DNA of 64,000 bases from contig JAXHLW010000011.1 in NCBI GenBank assembly GCA_034521815.1, positions 24,312 through 88,311 of the forward strand. The letters run 5' to 3'. The translations under genes and the position numbers were made by a program. The stretch comes from Trueperaceae bacterium. Its GTDB lineage: Bacteria; Deinococcota; Deinococci; Deinococcales; Trueperaceae. The notes beneath the pieces are model-generated. The model saw only the letters and a program-made list of their open reading frames with translations. It ran no database searches and was not told where the DNA came from. The stretch's first letter is position 1; each line of letters starts with the position of its first letter. This document shows, one piece after another, positions 1-11,097 of this stretch.

Positions 1-668
1 GCCAGACGCAAGGTGGTCTCGACCAGCATCGGCGCGGCCGCCGCCGGAAGGACGGCGCCCACCAGCACGCGCATGTCGCGGCTGCCCAGGGCGCGGGACG
101 CCTCCACGAACTGTTCCTCGCGCACCGTCATCACCGCCGCGCGGGCGACGCGCGCGAACGGCCCGACGTACACCACCCCGATCGCGAGGACCAGATTCAC
201 GAACCCGCTGCCCAGGAACGCCAGCAGCGCGATCGCCAGCAGGATCGCCGGGAACGACAGCAGCACGTCGGTGACGCGCATGATCACCGCGTCCGTGACC
301 CCGCGGTAGAACCCCGCGAGCGCGCCCAGGCTGCCGCCCACCAACAGCGCGAAGCTGGTCGCGGCGAACGCGACCGACAACGACGCGCGCCCCCCGAACA
401 CGATGCGCGACAGCGTGTCGCGGCCGTACTGATCGGTGCCCAGCCAGTGCTGCGGCGTGGGCCCCTGCAGCCGAGCGGGCGGATTCAGCGCGATCGGATC
501 GTACGGCGCCACCCACGGCGCCGCCACCGCAGCGACGACGGCGGCCAGCACGAGCAGTAGCCCGATCCCGCCGACACCGAGCAGCAGGCGGCGGGCGATC
601 TCGGCCGTTCGGCCCGCCGGGGCGGCCGCACCCGCGCGCACGGTGTCCTCCCCGGCCGCGTCAGCCAT
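1..668 (-). CDS. ABC peptide/nickel-type transporter permease, DppC/OppC family (3' end cut by window edge)
   Basis: Minus-strand frame is open from ATG at 668 to the window edge. It is absent from the ORF track because no stop lies in the window. My translation: MADAAGEDTVRAG..LLLVLAAVVAAVAAPWVAPYDPIALNP..QHWLGTDQYGRDTLSRIVFGGRASL..VTDVLLSFPAILLAIALLAF, i.e. an N-terminal TM helix, a GTDxxGRD motif and the permease core. The ATG overlaps the upstream permease stop (ATGGCTGA). Confidence 0.85.
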   Translation of the reverse strand, partial: MADAAGEDTVRAGAAAPAGRTAEIARRLLLGVGGIGLLLVLAAVVAAVAAPWVAPYDPIALNPPARLQGPTPQHWLGTDQYGRDTLSRIVFGGRASLSVAFAATSFALLVGGSLGALAGFYRGVTDAVIMRVTDVLLSFPAILLAIALLAFLGSGFVNLVLAIGVVYVGPFARVARAAVMTVREEQFVEASRALGSRDMRVLVGAVLPAAAAPMLVETTLRL

Positions 669-1611
669 AGCGCACCCTCGGATCGATCACCGCGTACAGC
701 ACGTCCACCAGCAGGTTGACCGCCACGAACGCCGCAGCGATCAGCAGCACCGCGCCCTGCACGATCGGGTAGTCGCGCAGGTTGATCCCCTCCAGCGCGA
801 AGCGGCCCACGCCGGGAAGGCTGAACACCTGCTCGATGATCACGGCGCCGCCCAGCAGCTGACCGAACTGCAGACCGACCACCGTCACCACCGGAATCAG
901 CGCGGTCCTGAGCGCGTGCCGGTACACGACCGCCTGCTCGCGCAGGCCCTTGGCGCGGGCGGTGCGGACGTAGTCGCGTCCCAGCGTCTCCAGCAGCGAC
1001 GACCGCACGATGCGCGTGGTGGCCGCCGCCAGGATCAGGCCCAGCGACGCGGCCGGCAACAACATGTGACGAAGATTGTCCAGCGGCGACTCGGCGAACG
1101 GCACGTAGCCGGCCGGCGGGAGCCAGCCCAGCCGAAGCGAGAACGCCAGGATCAGCAGAATGCCCAGGAAGAACCCGGGGATCGACAGGCCCAGCAGCGC
1201 GAACAGCGAGCTGACCGCGTCCGGCCACCGTCCCCGGTGGAGCGCCGCGATCACGCCCAGCGGGACGGCCAGGACAAGGGCGATCGCGAGCCCCAGGAAG
1301 GTCAGCTCCAGCGTGACCGGAAAGCGGAGCGCCAGATCGGTCGCGACCGGCCGGCCCGTACGCAGCGAGCTGCCCAGGTCTCCCTGGAGCGCCGCGGTGA
1401 TCCACTGCCCGAACTGGACGTGGACCGGAAGGTCCAGCCCGAACATGCGCCGCAGCTCGTCCAGACGCTCGGCCGAGACGTTCCCCTCGAGCCCCACCAG
1501 GCTCGTGACCACGTCGCCCGGGATCGCGCGCATCAGGGCGAACACGATCAGCGCGACGCCGAACAGGGTGGGGATCGTCGAGCAGAAGCCGTACGGCCGA
1601 GACGTCGACAT
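661..1611 (-). CDS. ABC di/oligopeptide-type transporter permease, DppB/OppB family (316 aa)
   Basis: Part of ORF 661..1884(-). The likely start is the internal ATG at 1611 (MSTSRPYGFCSTIPTLFGVALIVFALMRAIPGD..). Typical DppB text is present: GLDLPVHVQFGQWI, and an EAA-like region YVRTARAKGLREQAVVYRHALRTALIPVVTVVGL. Ends ..VIDPRVRYG. Confidence 0.9.
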   Translation of the reverse strand: MSTSRPYGFCSTIPTLFGVALIVFALMRAIPGDVVTSLVGLEGNVSAERLDELRRMFGLDLPVHVQFGQWITAALQGDLGSSLRTGRPVATDLALRFPVTLELTFLGLAIALVLAVPLGVIAALHRGRWPDAVSSLFALLGLSIPGFFLGILLILAFSLRLGWLPPAGYVPFAESPLDNLRHMLLPAASLGLILAAATTRIVRSSLLETLGRDYVRTARAKGLREQAVVYRHALRTALIPVVTVVGLQFGQLLGGAVIIEQVFSLPGVGRFALEGINLRDYPIVQGAVLLIAAAFVAVNLLVDVLYAVIDPRVRYG

Positions 1612-1723
1612 GAGCGCGCAGTATCGCACGTCCAGGCCGGCGGTTCGCGACGACGATCGTGCGGACCATCGCGGCACCCCGCGAAGCGCCGCGTCGAGCG
1701 GTTCATGATCGTGTAAGAGCTCG

Positions 1724-4700
1724 GTGGGCAGAATCATCGTATGGAACCCTCGACCGTGTCCGCCCGCTGGCCGCGCCGCGCGGCGCGGGTCGCCGTCACC
1801 GTGGCTGGTGACCCTCTTCCTGTCGCTGATCGTTCTGGCCGCCTGCTCGACGCCGAGCGACGGGAGCAGCGCGGAACGCTTCACGCTTCAGCTGAACGTG
1901 CAGGGCGACGGGGCTGTCGAGGTGAACGGTTCCGAGCGCTCGACGCCGTTCCAGCAGAGTTTCGAGGTCGGCGCCAGCGTCACGCTGCGCGCGGTGCCCG
2001 GCGACGAGGCGCGCTTCTCGTCCTGGACCGGCGACGCGTCCGGCTCGCAGAACCCGGTGACGTTGACGATGAACAGGTCCCGTTCGGTCGACGGCCGTGT
2101 TCGAGCCGAACTCGACCGTCACGCTGTCCATCACCCGCACCGGTAGCGGTGGCGGCGCGATCGATATCGACCCGCCCGGCGTCACCTGCGCGCCGACCTG
2201 CGAGGCGACCGTGGACGAGGGCGCGGAGGTCACGCTCACCGCCACTCCCGACGCCACCTCGACCCTGACGGGCTGGACCGGCTGCGACACGACCGATGGC
2301 GAGACCTGCACGCTGGTCGCGACCGCCGACCGTGCCGTCGAGGTCGCGTTCGCGAGCACCGCGCCCGCGCCTGTCGACGACGACTTCGTGGACGCCATGG
2401 TGCTGGAGGGCGAATCCGGCACGGCGTCGACCACCAACGCCGGCGCCTCGAAGGAACCGGGCGAGCCGGACCACGGCGGCGAGCCGGGCGGCCGTTCGGT
2501 GTGGTGGACGTGGACCGCGCCGAAGGACGGACCCGCCACCTTCGACGCGTCCGGCAGCGACACTGGACGTCGTCGTCGCGGCGTACGCCGGGTCGTCGCT
2601 ACACGATCTGGTGCCGGCTCGGCGAGCCCCTTCGTTCGCTCTCTCATCGACGGCGTCCGCAGACACGGCTTCCGGCAGCGAACGCGGTCGTCGTCGACGC
2701 GACCTACGGAACGACCTACCACGTCGCCGTCGACGGCGTCGCGGCCGCGACCGGAACCGTCCGTCTGGACTGGAACCAAGACGACACCCAGCCACCCCCG
2801 CCCGACGTCGAGGTCGCCTGGACGCTGGACGCGAGCCAGCTCTCGTTCAGCGGCGAGCGCGGCGGAGCGGCGCCCGACAGTCAAGACGTCCAGCTCGGGA
2901 ACGATGGGCCGGACGCAGGCAGCTTCACCGCAAGCGACAACCGCTTCTGGCTATCCGTCTCGCCCCCGAGCGGCGCGTTGGACGCTGGCGCCGAGACGGC
3001 ACTGACGGTGACGGCGGCAGCGTGCCGAACCGTCGGAACGGACTTCGGCACGGTCACCGTCGCCGGGAACGGCGTGACCGCCACGCTGAGCGTCCAGCGC
3101 ACCTGCGACGGTGCGGAATGGCGGCTGACGCCGGACAGCCTCTCCATCGAGGGCGACGTGAACGACGTCGCGTCGTACGCCCGGAGCCTCGCCCTCACGA
3201 ACGACGGCACCCTCGGCGCGGACTTCACCGCAATCGCCAGCGACGGCTGGATCGACGTCGCCCCCGGTAGCGGCAACCTGGACCGCGGCTCAAGAGACGA
3301 CACTGAGCGTGTCGGTCGCCGCTTGCGACACGGCCGGCACCTCCTCGGGGTCGGTCGTCGTCAGTGGCGGTGGGCACGTACGCTCCGTCCCGGTCACGCG
3401 CACCTGCACCGACCCGTCCGCGCAGCCGGCGGTCGCGCTGACGATCGACCGCGTGTACGTCAATCAGTCGGTCCCGGCGCAGGACAGCACGAAGACGCCC
3501 TCGGGCCGCATTCCGCTGGTCGCGAACCGCGGCGGCCTGCTGCGCGTGTTCGCCACCGCCGACGACACGGGGGCCGACCAGGCCTCGGCGACGCTGCACT
3601 ACCGCTACGGCGGCGGCAGCGAGAGCACGCTGCCCCTCGCCGGCCCGTCGTCCGTGCCGACGAGCACCTCGGAGGGCGTCGCGCTCCAGCGTGTACGAGC
3701 ATCTGCTTCCCGAGCGGCCTGATCCAACCGGGCTGGAGATCTACCTCGACGGTCGAGGCGGTCGCGAACGGCAGACGCGGTCGAGCGCGCTGATCCCGCC
3801 TCCGGCTACCGGGCGTGTGGGCTGTCTCGGTTGTAGCGGTGCCTGCCGGCGAACATGACGTTGGTGCCGGTCATCGCGTACGCGGGACACAACGCCGTAG
3901 CGTTGGAGGACGGCAGCGCGTACTTGAGCGACACGGTGCGGGATGCACCCGACTGGGCGACGACACGCGCGGACGTGCAGGTGCACGGCAGTCCGCTGGC
4001 TCGGCGGCGATCTCTTCCAGCGGTGCAGGGATGGGGCGACCTGCTCAACGCGCTCACCACCCGCTGGGAGTCCGATGCCACCTCGCGCCACTACTACGGG
4101 GTGGTCGATCCGAACTACGACTACGGCATCGCCGGCGTCGTCGGATGCGATCGGGCTACACGTCCCGTCGCGGTCGGTTGGTCGCACCTCCAGAGCGGCG
4201 CAGCCAGCGTCGCCGCGCACGAGCTGGGGCACAACTGGGGCCGCGAGCACGCGCCCTGCGGCGTCGACACGGCGACGCTTGTATCCCTACGGCGGCGGCG
4301 GCATCGGCACGTGGGGCTACGACCTGGTCGCAGACGCGCTTCGGTCACCCAGTCTGTACGTGGACCTGATGAGCTACTGCGATCCCACGTGGATCTCCGA
4401 CTACACCTATCGTGGGGTCATGGACTACCGACGCTCGACCGGCTACACGATCGAGACGGTGGCCGCGATGCAACGCGTCCTGATCGTCAGCGGCATCGTC
4501 GGGCCGGACGGTCTGGATCTCGACCCGCTCTTCACGATGACCAGCCGGCCGTCGCCGGTGGCAGCCGGGCCGTACACGCTGCGCGTGTGGGCGACGGACG
4601 GCCGCGAGGTTCTGACCGTGCCGTTCGACGCGCGCGCCGTCAGCGTGCATCCGTTCGAGGCGTTCCACCTGAAGCCTGGCGCTTCCGGACGACGTCACCT

Positions 4701-5002
4701 CGTTCGGACGGGTCCGCGTGGAGCGGAACGGCGAGGTGCTGATCGACCGGACGGCCAGGCCGGCCACGCTCTCGACGCAGGCGACCCTGACGGTCACGGT
4801 CACACCGTCGACCGGCGGCGCCGTCGGTCGAGTGGGACGCCGAGCGGTATCCGTTCCGCCGGGCGCGCGCAACTGGTGTCGACGGCCCGCTCCTGGGCAA
4901 CGGCAGCTCCGGCCATGCCGGACCGTCCAGCCCAGCGGAACGGTCGTGGAGGTCCTTCTCAGCGACGGCCTGAACACCGTGCGAAGCGTCGTTGGACCGT
5001 AG
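1724..5002 (+). pseudogene. Secreted multidomain lipoprotein zinc metalloprotease (zincin HExxHxxGxxH, reprolysin-like), interrupted by at least ten frame changes
   Basis: Sensible protein text is followed only by hopping through ORF-track pieces 1724-2146, 2097-3005, 2296-3270, 2501-3793, 3309-3722, 3855-4742, 3943-5064 and 4718-5002. Lipobox LSLIVLAAC. InlB-B-repeat-like modules (FSSWTGDASGSQNPVTLTM..AVFE; LTGWTGCDTTDGETCTL). TNAGASKEPGEPDHGGEPGGRSVWWTWTAP module. HELGHNWGREHAPCG is followed, after a frame change, by YPYGGGGIGTWGYD..LMSYCDPTWISDYTY. GTG start at 1724 is uncertain; stop TAG 5000-5002. Confidence 0.75.
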
Positions 5003-5167
5003 CCGTACCGCGCTCGTCGCTCGGGACGCGACGCCTCTGCCGCGGCGCCTGGCGCATGCGCTGAAGCGTGCGTGAGGCGTGCGTCCCGAAGGTCGACGCG
5101 CTGGGCACCGCTGGTGCACAGGGCTGGCAGCAGCGGGTTGGATCGGGGGTGGGAGCAGGGGCATCGA

Positions 5168-6650
5168 TCAGCTGTTCGGCCTGCCCCTACCGCTGCGCCT
5201 GGGCGACGGACGCGGCGTCCGGCAGATGCTGCCTCGACCTGGCCCGAGCCGAGCCCCATCAGGACGAACACGATCGGTTCCAGCGCGACCGACGGGAACG
5301 ACGCCTGCGCCCAGATCGCGTACGTCCCGTAGGGCCATCGCGAGGGCGACGGAGGCCGCGGTTCCTGCTCGGACGAGCCGGATCATCAGCAGCACCACGA
5401 ACGTCGCGAACGCCAGCGTCGGAACGGCACCGAAGGCGATCCACAGGTCCAGCAGGTAGTTGTGCACCTTGTCGATCATCACCCTCTTCGCACGCATGTC
5501 TCCGGTAGGTCCAGGGTCGGGGTAGTAGAGAGCGTTCCCGGCGCCGCTCCACGCCGGATCCCGCTCACCCCCTCCGGTAGGCGTTGCCGTGACGAGGGCG
5601 TCGCGGCCTGCCGGTCGTCGCCCGGCCTCGTTCCAGACGACGATGGCGAACGAGCCGACGCCGTAGCGGACGGACGGGCTCGCCGTAGCGCACCGCACGC
5701 AGGGCCACGTCCATGCACAGGCGGCGCGACGCCCAGTTCTCGGCCGGGGCCTCCTTCCGTGGCCGCCTCCGCGAGGGCGGCGACCTTGCCGCGGCCGTAG
5801 TCGCTGGCCGAGGAAGCGAGGCCTGAACCCAGCCAGCTGCGACGGCCGCCACGGCCAGCGCTACCGAGCGCATGCCTCGCTCGCGTCGCTCCCGACGCCG
5901 TGGTCCCGCCGGACAACGCGCTCGCCCCGGCCCACGACGCGAGCGTCGCCACCAGCGCGATCACCGCGGCGGCGGCTGCCGGTCGCGGTAGGCCACGAAC
6001 GCCAGGAAGACCTGCCAGTAGCAGCGCCGCCACGACGACCAGATGCCGGCCTCCAGCGAGTCAGCACGCGGTCGGATCCGAGAAGAGCGGAACGATCGAC
6101 GCGAACGCCATCGCCGCCAGCACAGCGCCAGCACGAAGGCGGGGCTGACCCAGCGTCGCGCCGGGGTTGGCGGATGGCCAGCTCCGCACCCCAGAGCCCC
6201 AACTGACGCCCACTGACGTCGCAGCCACGTCGCCGCCGGCCAGCCGCAGTCCTGCCCACGAGGCGGGCAGGTAGGCGCACGGGCCACAGCCACCAGACAG
6301 GCCTAGCGAACACGGCCGTCGAACCGGAACGGAACCCACCGACCGAGGCGTCTCGGTGCGAGGAAGGGAGCCGTACCCGAACCGCGAGGCCACCGAGCCA
6401 TCGGTCCGCGGCGCCGCCGACGCGGAGCGTTCGCCACCGCCCATGGGCGCGGCCAGCACCAGCATCCTCCCCCGCCCACGAGCGCGACGAGCTTCGGCGC
6501 ACGAGAACTACCGCCCTCTGCGGGATCCCGGATCGGCCGCACGTCGACGGCCAACGCGTGCATCACGATGAAGGCGACGATCACGACGGCGGCCCGCTCC
6601 GATGGTCCGCCCGGCTGCTTCGGACGGCACCGCCAGCCACCACGACGGCT
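5168..6650 (-). pseudogene. O-antigen ligase/polymerase-like (Wzy_C-type) integral membrane protein, fragmented by at least four frame changes; boundaries approximate
   Basis: Pieces of ORFs 6303-6893, 6061-6465, 5961-6293, 5479-6033, 5565-5873 and 5168-5698 (all minus) give hydrophobic text. The C-terminal half reads ..WASRRL..RYGVGSFAIVVWNEAG..GNALYYPD..KVHNYLLDLWIAFGAVPTLAFATFVVLLMIRL. This matches the G-x-G-xF ... aHN-yL..l.e.G pattern of O-antigen ligase family proteins. Start and stop could not be fixed. Confidence 0.4.
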
Positions 6651-7124
6651 ACGTGCCCGGCGCGCAGGCCGCCGAGGCCCTCGTGCGCGTCCTCGCTTCC
6701 GCTTCACAGGCCCGAAGGCTAGCACGCACGCCCCGCATCGTTTTGGCTTGCGCGCCTGACGCCCTTCTTCACCTGATGCGCTCCTGCACCGACACGGATC
6801 CACGCGGAACCTGTCTAGCCGTCCCGACTGTGGAAACGTGCCCGACGCGAGGCAGGGCCGCACCGATCGATTCGCCATGCGTCGTCCCGGCACCGCGTGC
6901 CGTTGCCCGACCGATCATCCACCGCCGCGACGGACGCATCCGTTCTTCGTCGCGCGACCCCTTTGCTCAGGTTACCGGCCTTCGGTGTCGGTCGTGACGC
7001 CGATCAACGCGGCTTACCTCCGCTGGAATCACGACTGCCGTCGATCAACTCCCCCGATACGGGCCTTGCGCGCTCGGTTCCGACCCTCATCATCGCCTCT
7101 CGCTTCGACCGGCCGTCCACAACA

Positions 7125-7152
7125 CTGCACCCCCGCCGAAGCGGGGGTGCAG
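7125..7152 (-). terminator. GC-rich stem-loop (12-bp perfect stem, 4-nt loop) just downstream of the surface-lipoprotein gene
   Basis: ctgcacccccgc-cgaa-gcgggggtgcag. On the minus strand it is followed by TGTTGTGG and lies 17-33 nt after the candidate stop codons. Confidence 0.6.
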
Positions 7153-7184
7153 GACGAGAGGCGAAAGTTTACGAGAAGAGGCGG

Positions 7185-10100
7185 TTAGTCCCTCTGCACC
7201 GAAGTCTCTTCCGTGGCTCCAGAGGCATCGACTGCGACGCGGGCGGGTTGTCGTACACGAGCTGACCGACCATGTCGACCAAGCCCACTTGGTTGGCCTC
7301 CGCTTCGATCACGACGCGGTAGAAATCACCGGCAGGCAGGTCGTACGTTCGGCCGGCTTCGAGGTTGGCCGTGAACGAGAAGGCGTTACCTGGCGTTGTT
7401 CAGCGGGACCTGGGCGATGAAGTCGAGCCGCCGTGAAGTCGCCGTCATCATCGATGTACAGCGATGCCGTGCCGTTGAACCGAACCACGTTGTTGTTGAG
7501 CGTGGCCTCGATCACGATGTCTTCCGCCAGTGCCAGACCAGCGTTCTCGACCGTCATCTTGTACACGAACTCTTCGTCCGGCTGGTAGCCGTCCTTCAGG
7601 TTCGCGTCGACGATCAGCGGCTCGCCCGTCTCGCCCGCGCTCTCGTCGGGGCCCTGGTACTCACCGTTGGTGGTCAGGGTGACGAACGGTGTGGGGGGCG
7701 GCGGGACGACGACGACCTGGGCGCAATCCTCGAGCAGACCCTCGGCGCCGTCGCTGTACGTCGTCACCATTGGGTCGGCATCCGGATCCGCGTCGGACAC
7801 GAGCTCGTTCGGGAACACCGAACTCGCCGTCGATCTGGTACTGCGTCCAAGGCGTGATGCCCTCGTCGAAGTACCACGTCTCCTGGTACTGGCCCGTCTC
7901 TTCGAACGGCTGGTTCAGCTGCGGCGAACCGAGGTACGCGCAGTTTTCCCAGAAGTAGCGCTCGCCGGCGTCCGTCTGGACCGTTTGCAGCGAGTCGCCG
8001 GTGTCGGCATCGGAGTTGTTCTGCGCGACGCCCGTGCCGTCGTCACTGAGGAGGTTGCCGGTGAGCGTGAGGATGGCCTCCGCGGTCGTGCCGCGCGGCA
8101 GATCATCGATGGGGCTCCAGGTCACTTCCTTCTCGACGACCGCGCCGGTGACGTCGATGTCTGCCACCGTCCACGTTGCGTGAAGTCCGTGCCGTTGGTG
8201 AAGTCCAGGCCAACGTCGAACGCGTCGGCCACTTCAACGTCATGCGCGTAGGGGTTGTTGCGCACCGTGTAGGCGTGCGGTTGATCCCCGGTGCCCTCGG
8301 TGTCGTCGTCGAACTCCCACGGGTACATGGTCGCCAAGTCACCGTAGTGGGTCCAGGTCGGATCGTTCGCCGTATCGATCTCGACGCGATCCAGCTGGCG
8401 GACTTCGATCCTAAAGTCGCCGAGGCGCCTTGCGCCATCAGCGGTTGGCTGATCCGTGTCTTGGTGATCTCGAAGAGCGGGCGCACCACCCAGATGTCGG
8501 ATTCGTCCGCCTCTGGCGTGTAGCTGAACACCAGCTGCTCGCCGGTCGTGTCGTCTTCATCGAAGAACCCGGCGGCCGTCACGCTCTGGTTCTGGCTTCC
8601 GTTCGTGACACGGTACGGATCCCCGTACGGCACACATTCCTGCGCGGGCTGCAGTGCCCCTTCATCGGTCGCATCGCCATTCACGCCGAACTCAACGGGC
8701 GCAGCGCCGTACCGTGGCTGCACATTGAAGCTACCGTCGTCCACGCCTTCCCAGCAGTAGCCGGGCTTGTGACGCGCGTACACGTCAAACGTAAACTCTA
8801 CGGTGTCACCCACCGCGATTGTCTCGAGCGAATCTTCCTGGTTGAAGGACCAGGTGACGACGTGGTTCACGGGGTCATAGGTCCCGGAATCCGGCTCGAT
8901 CGAGCCAGTCGACCACGCCCAGTTCAGCAGGCACCGCGTCACGCACGGTGACGTTGTGAATGTCCGAGTTGCTGTCGTTCTCGACGGTCACGTGGACGGT
9001 CGCGAGGTAGTTTTCGTCGCTCACCACGTCGCTCGCGTCGAGCGTGACGTCCTCGCCGTACCAGGTCAGGACGTGCTGCTCGACGTGCTTGTCGACCGTC
9101 AGGAAGCCACCGATCCACTCCTTGGTGAAGGTGTAGTCCTTCAGCGCGAACTCGTACGTCTCATCGCCGTACTGGACCACGAAGTAGTAGGTGGCCGTGA
9201 CGGTCGCTTCGATGGGGAGGTCGTCGAGGTTGATGCCGGACACCGGGTTGAGGCCGACGCCCGAGTTGTTCTCGTCGATACAGGTTTCATCGCCGGGCTC
9301 CGCGTCTTCGCAGAAGGCCTCGATCCACTCGACGGTGGGATCGCCGTTCTCGTCCTCGGTGACGCTGTCGATCGTGTACTCCACGTAGCCGGGGAAGTAG
9401 CCGGCGCACCCGGCGTCGCGGTAGCTGCCAGATCCACGAGGACGCCATTACGGGCCGCCCGGAAGAACGTCGAACCCGCGCCGACACGGAACGGTCCGCG
9501 GCTCGGCTGCTTGGTCAGCGCCCACGTGCCGAAGTAGGTGCGCGTTGCTGGAGATCGCTGCCTGGTGGCGCTCCAGATGTTGTCGACCTGGTGCCGAGGT
9601 CGGCGCCGAGACGCTGATCCGTGTAGGTGAGCAGCGGATCTTCGTCCTCATCCGGATCGGGACACCTCGACAGTCGGTGTCGCTGGTGATCGTCGGCCAT
9701 GGAGGCTTCGGTCAGAGTCTCACCTTCGCCGTACCAGCAGGTGCGACATGTTGGTGAAGAACGACTTGAACTCCGACGCGCTTGGCGACGTTGTTTCCGC
9801 CGACGGCGCTGACGATCAGCTTCGATCGGTTCGAACACGTCGATGACTTCGTCCTGAGCGAACCGTTCGCCCAGCAGGAAGTTGAGGATCTCCTGCCAGC
9901 GACAGATCGGCGTTGGTCGCCTCGATGACGAAGTACGCCATGCCGTCCGCGTCGGTGGACAGGCCCTGGAAGGTCTTGCGCCGCCGCCGTGGAAAGGGTG
10001 CTCGCCCGGCCGGGGTAGATGGCCAGGGCATCGCTGAAGTCGCCGGTCACACTGACGGTGACGGGCGCGTTCGCGATCGGGTCGCCGGCGGCATCGGTCA

Positions 10101-10603
10101 CGAGACCGCCACGCCGACCTGCTCCTCGGTCTGAGCCGCCACGAGGGTGGCGTCCTTGACCGGGTTGCTCCTCGTCGAGGGTGGCGTACGCGTTGCCGTC
10201 GACATCGATGAAGGCCGAGCTCCAACGCTTCGACGTTCGCGAGGCCCGCTTCGACGGACGCCATCTGCGCGAGGTAGGTGGTCGTATCACCCGCGACGAC
10301 GTTGACGGTCTGACCCTCGAGATCGAGGTAGCCGTCCGCGTTGGACACGGCGACCGTGTAGGCGCCGGCTTCGACGTCCCACTGCATTCGTGACTCGCGG
10401 TCTGCGTGTCGACCGCGGTGCCGTTTTGGGTCACCGCGATGTCGGCTTCGACGGCGGCACCGGTGGACGCATCGACGACGTTGACGATCGAACGTGCCGG
10501 TGGTGTCACCGTTCCCGCCACCATTCCCGTCATCGCTGGTTCCGCACGCGACCAAGAACATGGCCGCTGCGATCAGCAACGCGAGATACTTGAAAGTCTT
10601 CAT
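7185..10603 (-). pseudogene. Very large surface lipoprotein (about 1140 codons; carboxypeptidase-regulatory-like and DUF11-like repeat modules), interrupted by at least 15 frame changes
   Basis: Starts MKTFKYLALLIAAAMFLVACGTSDD with AGGAGG 5 nt upstream of ATG 10603. Protein text continues only by hopping among ORF pieces 9515-10603, 9712-10533, 9816-10031, 9141-9437, 8875-9384, 8103-8942, 8122-8337, 7661-8167, 7309-7818 and short unlisted frames. Module text: SIVNVVDASTGAAVEADIAV; VSVTDAAGDPIANAPVTVSV; NVTVRDAVPAELGVVDW..GTYDPVNHVVTWSFN..IAVGDTVEFTFDV. The end is either TAA 7185-7187 (..VDASGATEETSVQRD) or TAA 7169-7171 in the adjacent frame. Confidence 0.7.
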
Positions 10604-10913
10604 TCAATCCTCCTGGATCGTGCTTTATGTCGGACCGTACGTGATTGGCATGCAGGGCGAATCCGCCGTGCCGTGCGTCGTCCGCACGGGGGAGTCGCGC
10701 GAACGGTGGATCGCCGAGCCACGCACAGGACCGTCGACGTCGTACAGAACGAGATGGCATCGTTGGTTCGCGTCCGGGCCGGAGCGCGAGTGGTCCGAGT
10801 TTCCTCTGCCCGGGCTCCGATCACATCCGACGAGCCAAGATGATTGACGTTTGTCGGACCATCGAGTCGCACCCCCCTTCCACGTGGGTCAGACAGCGTC
10901 AATATCCAGGTCG

Positions 10914-10943
10914 ACTATCGCACCGGGGAACCGTCCCTGTCAA
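10914..10943 (-). promoter_or_regulatory. Candidate sigma70-type promoter (TTGACA, 18 nt spacer, GATAGT) about 300 nt upstream of the surface-lipoprotein start
   Basis: Minus-sense TTGACA at 10943-10938 and GATAGT at 10919-10914, in a lower-GC non-coding gap (10604-11097). Pattern match only. Confidence 0.25.
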
Positions 10944-11097
10944 CGAACATTTCACGTTTTCGGCCTCGCGCGTGAGCGAATTCACGTGCATACCGGGGTG
11001 GACGTGGGTATCGCAGCTCGCCCATGACGTCGTCGCCCCTCGATGCGCGCCACCAGCGAGGGTAGCCCCACCACGAAGGCCGCGCCACCACGTTCAC

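Noticed and set aside
1724-10603. Programmed ribosomal frameshifting, or phase variation, as the explanation for the multiple frame changes in the giant lipoprotein genes.
   Set aside because: There are too many shifts per gene (10-15 or more), in both directions. They lack slippery heptamers or long simple-sequence tracts at the junctions I resolved. Indel error or decay is far more likely.
10604-11097. The long, lower-GC gap upstream of the surface-lipoprotein gene as a possible c-di-GMP riboswitch, given the signalling-rich context; it contains CACGCACAGG on the plus strand.
   Set aside because: The match is on the wrong strand for the downstream gene. The hallmark GCAAA / CGCAAAGC elements of GEMM-I, or the GEMM-II core, are absent on the sense strand. 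I kept only a weak promoter call.
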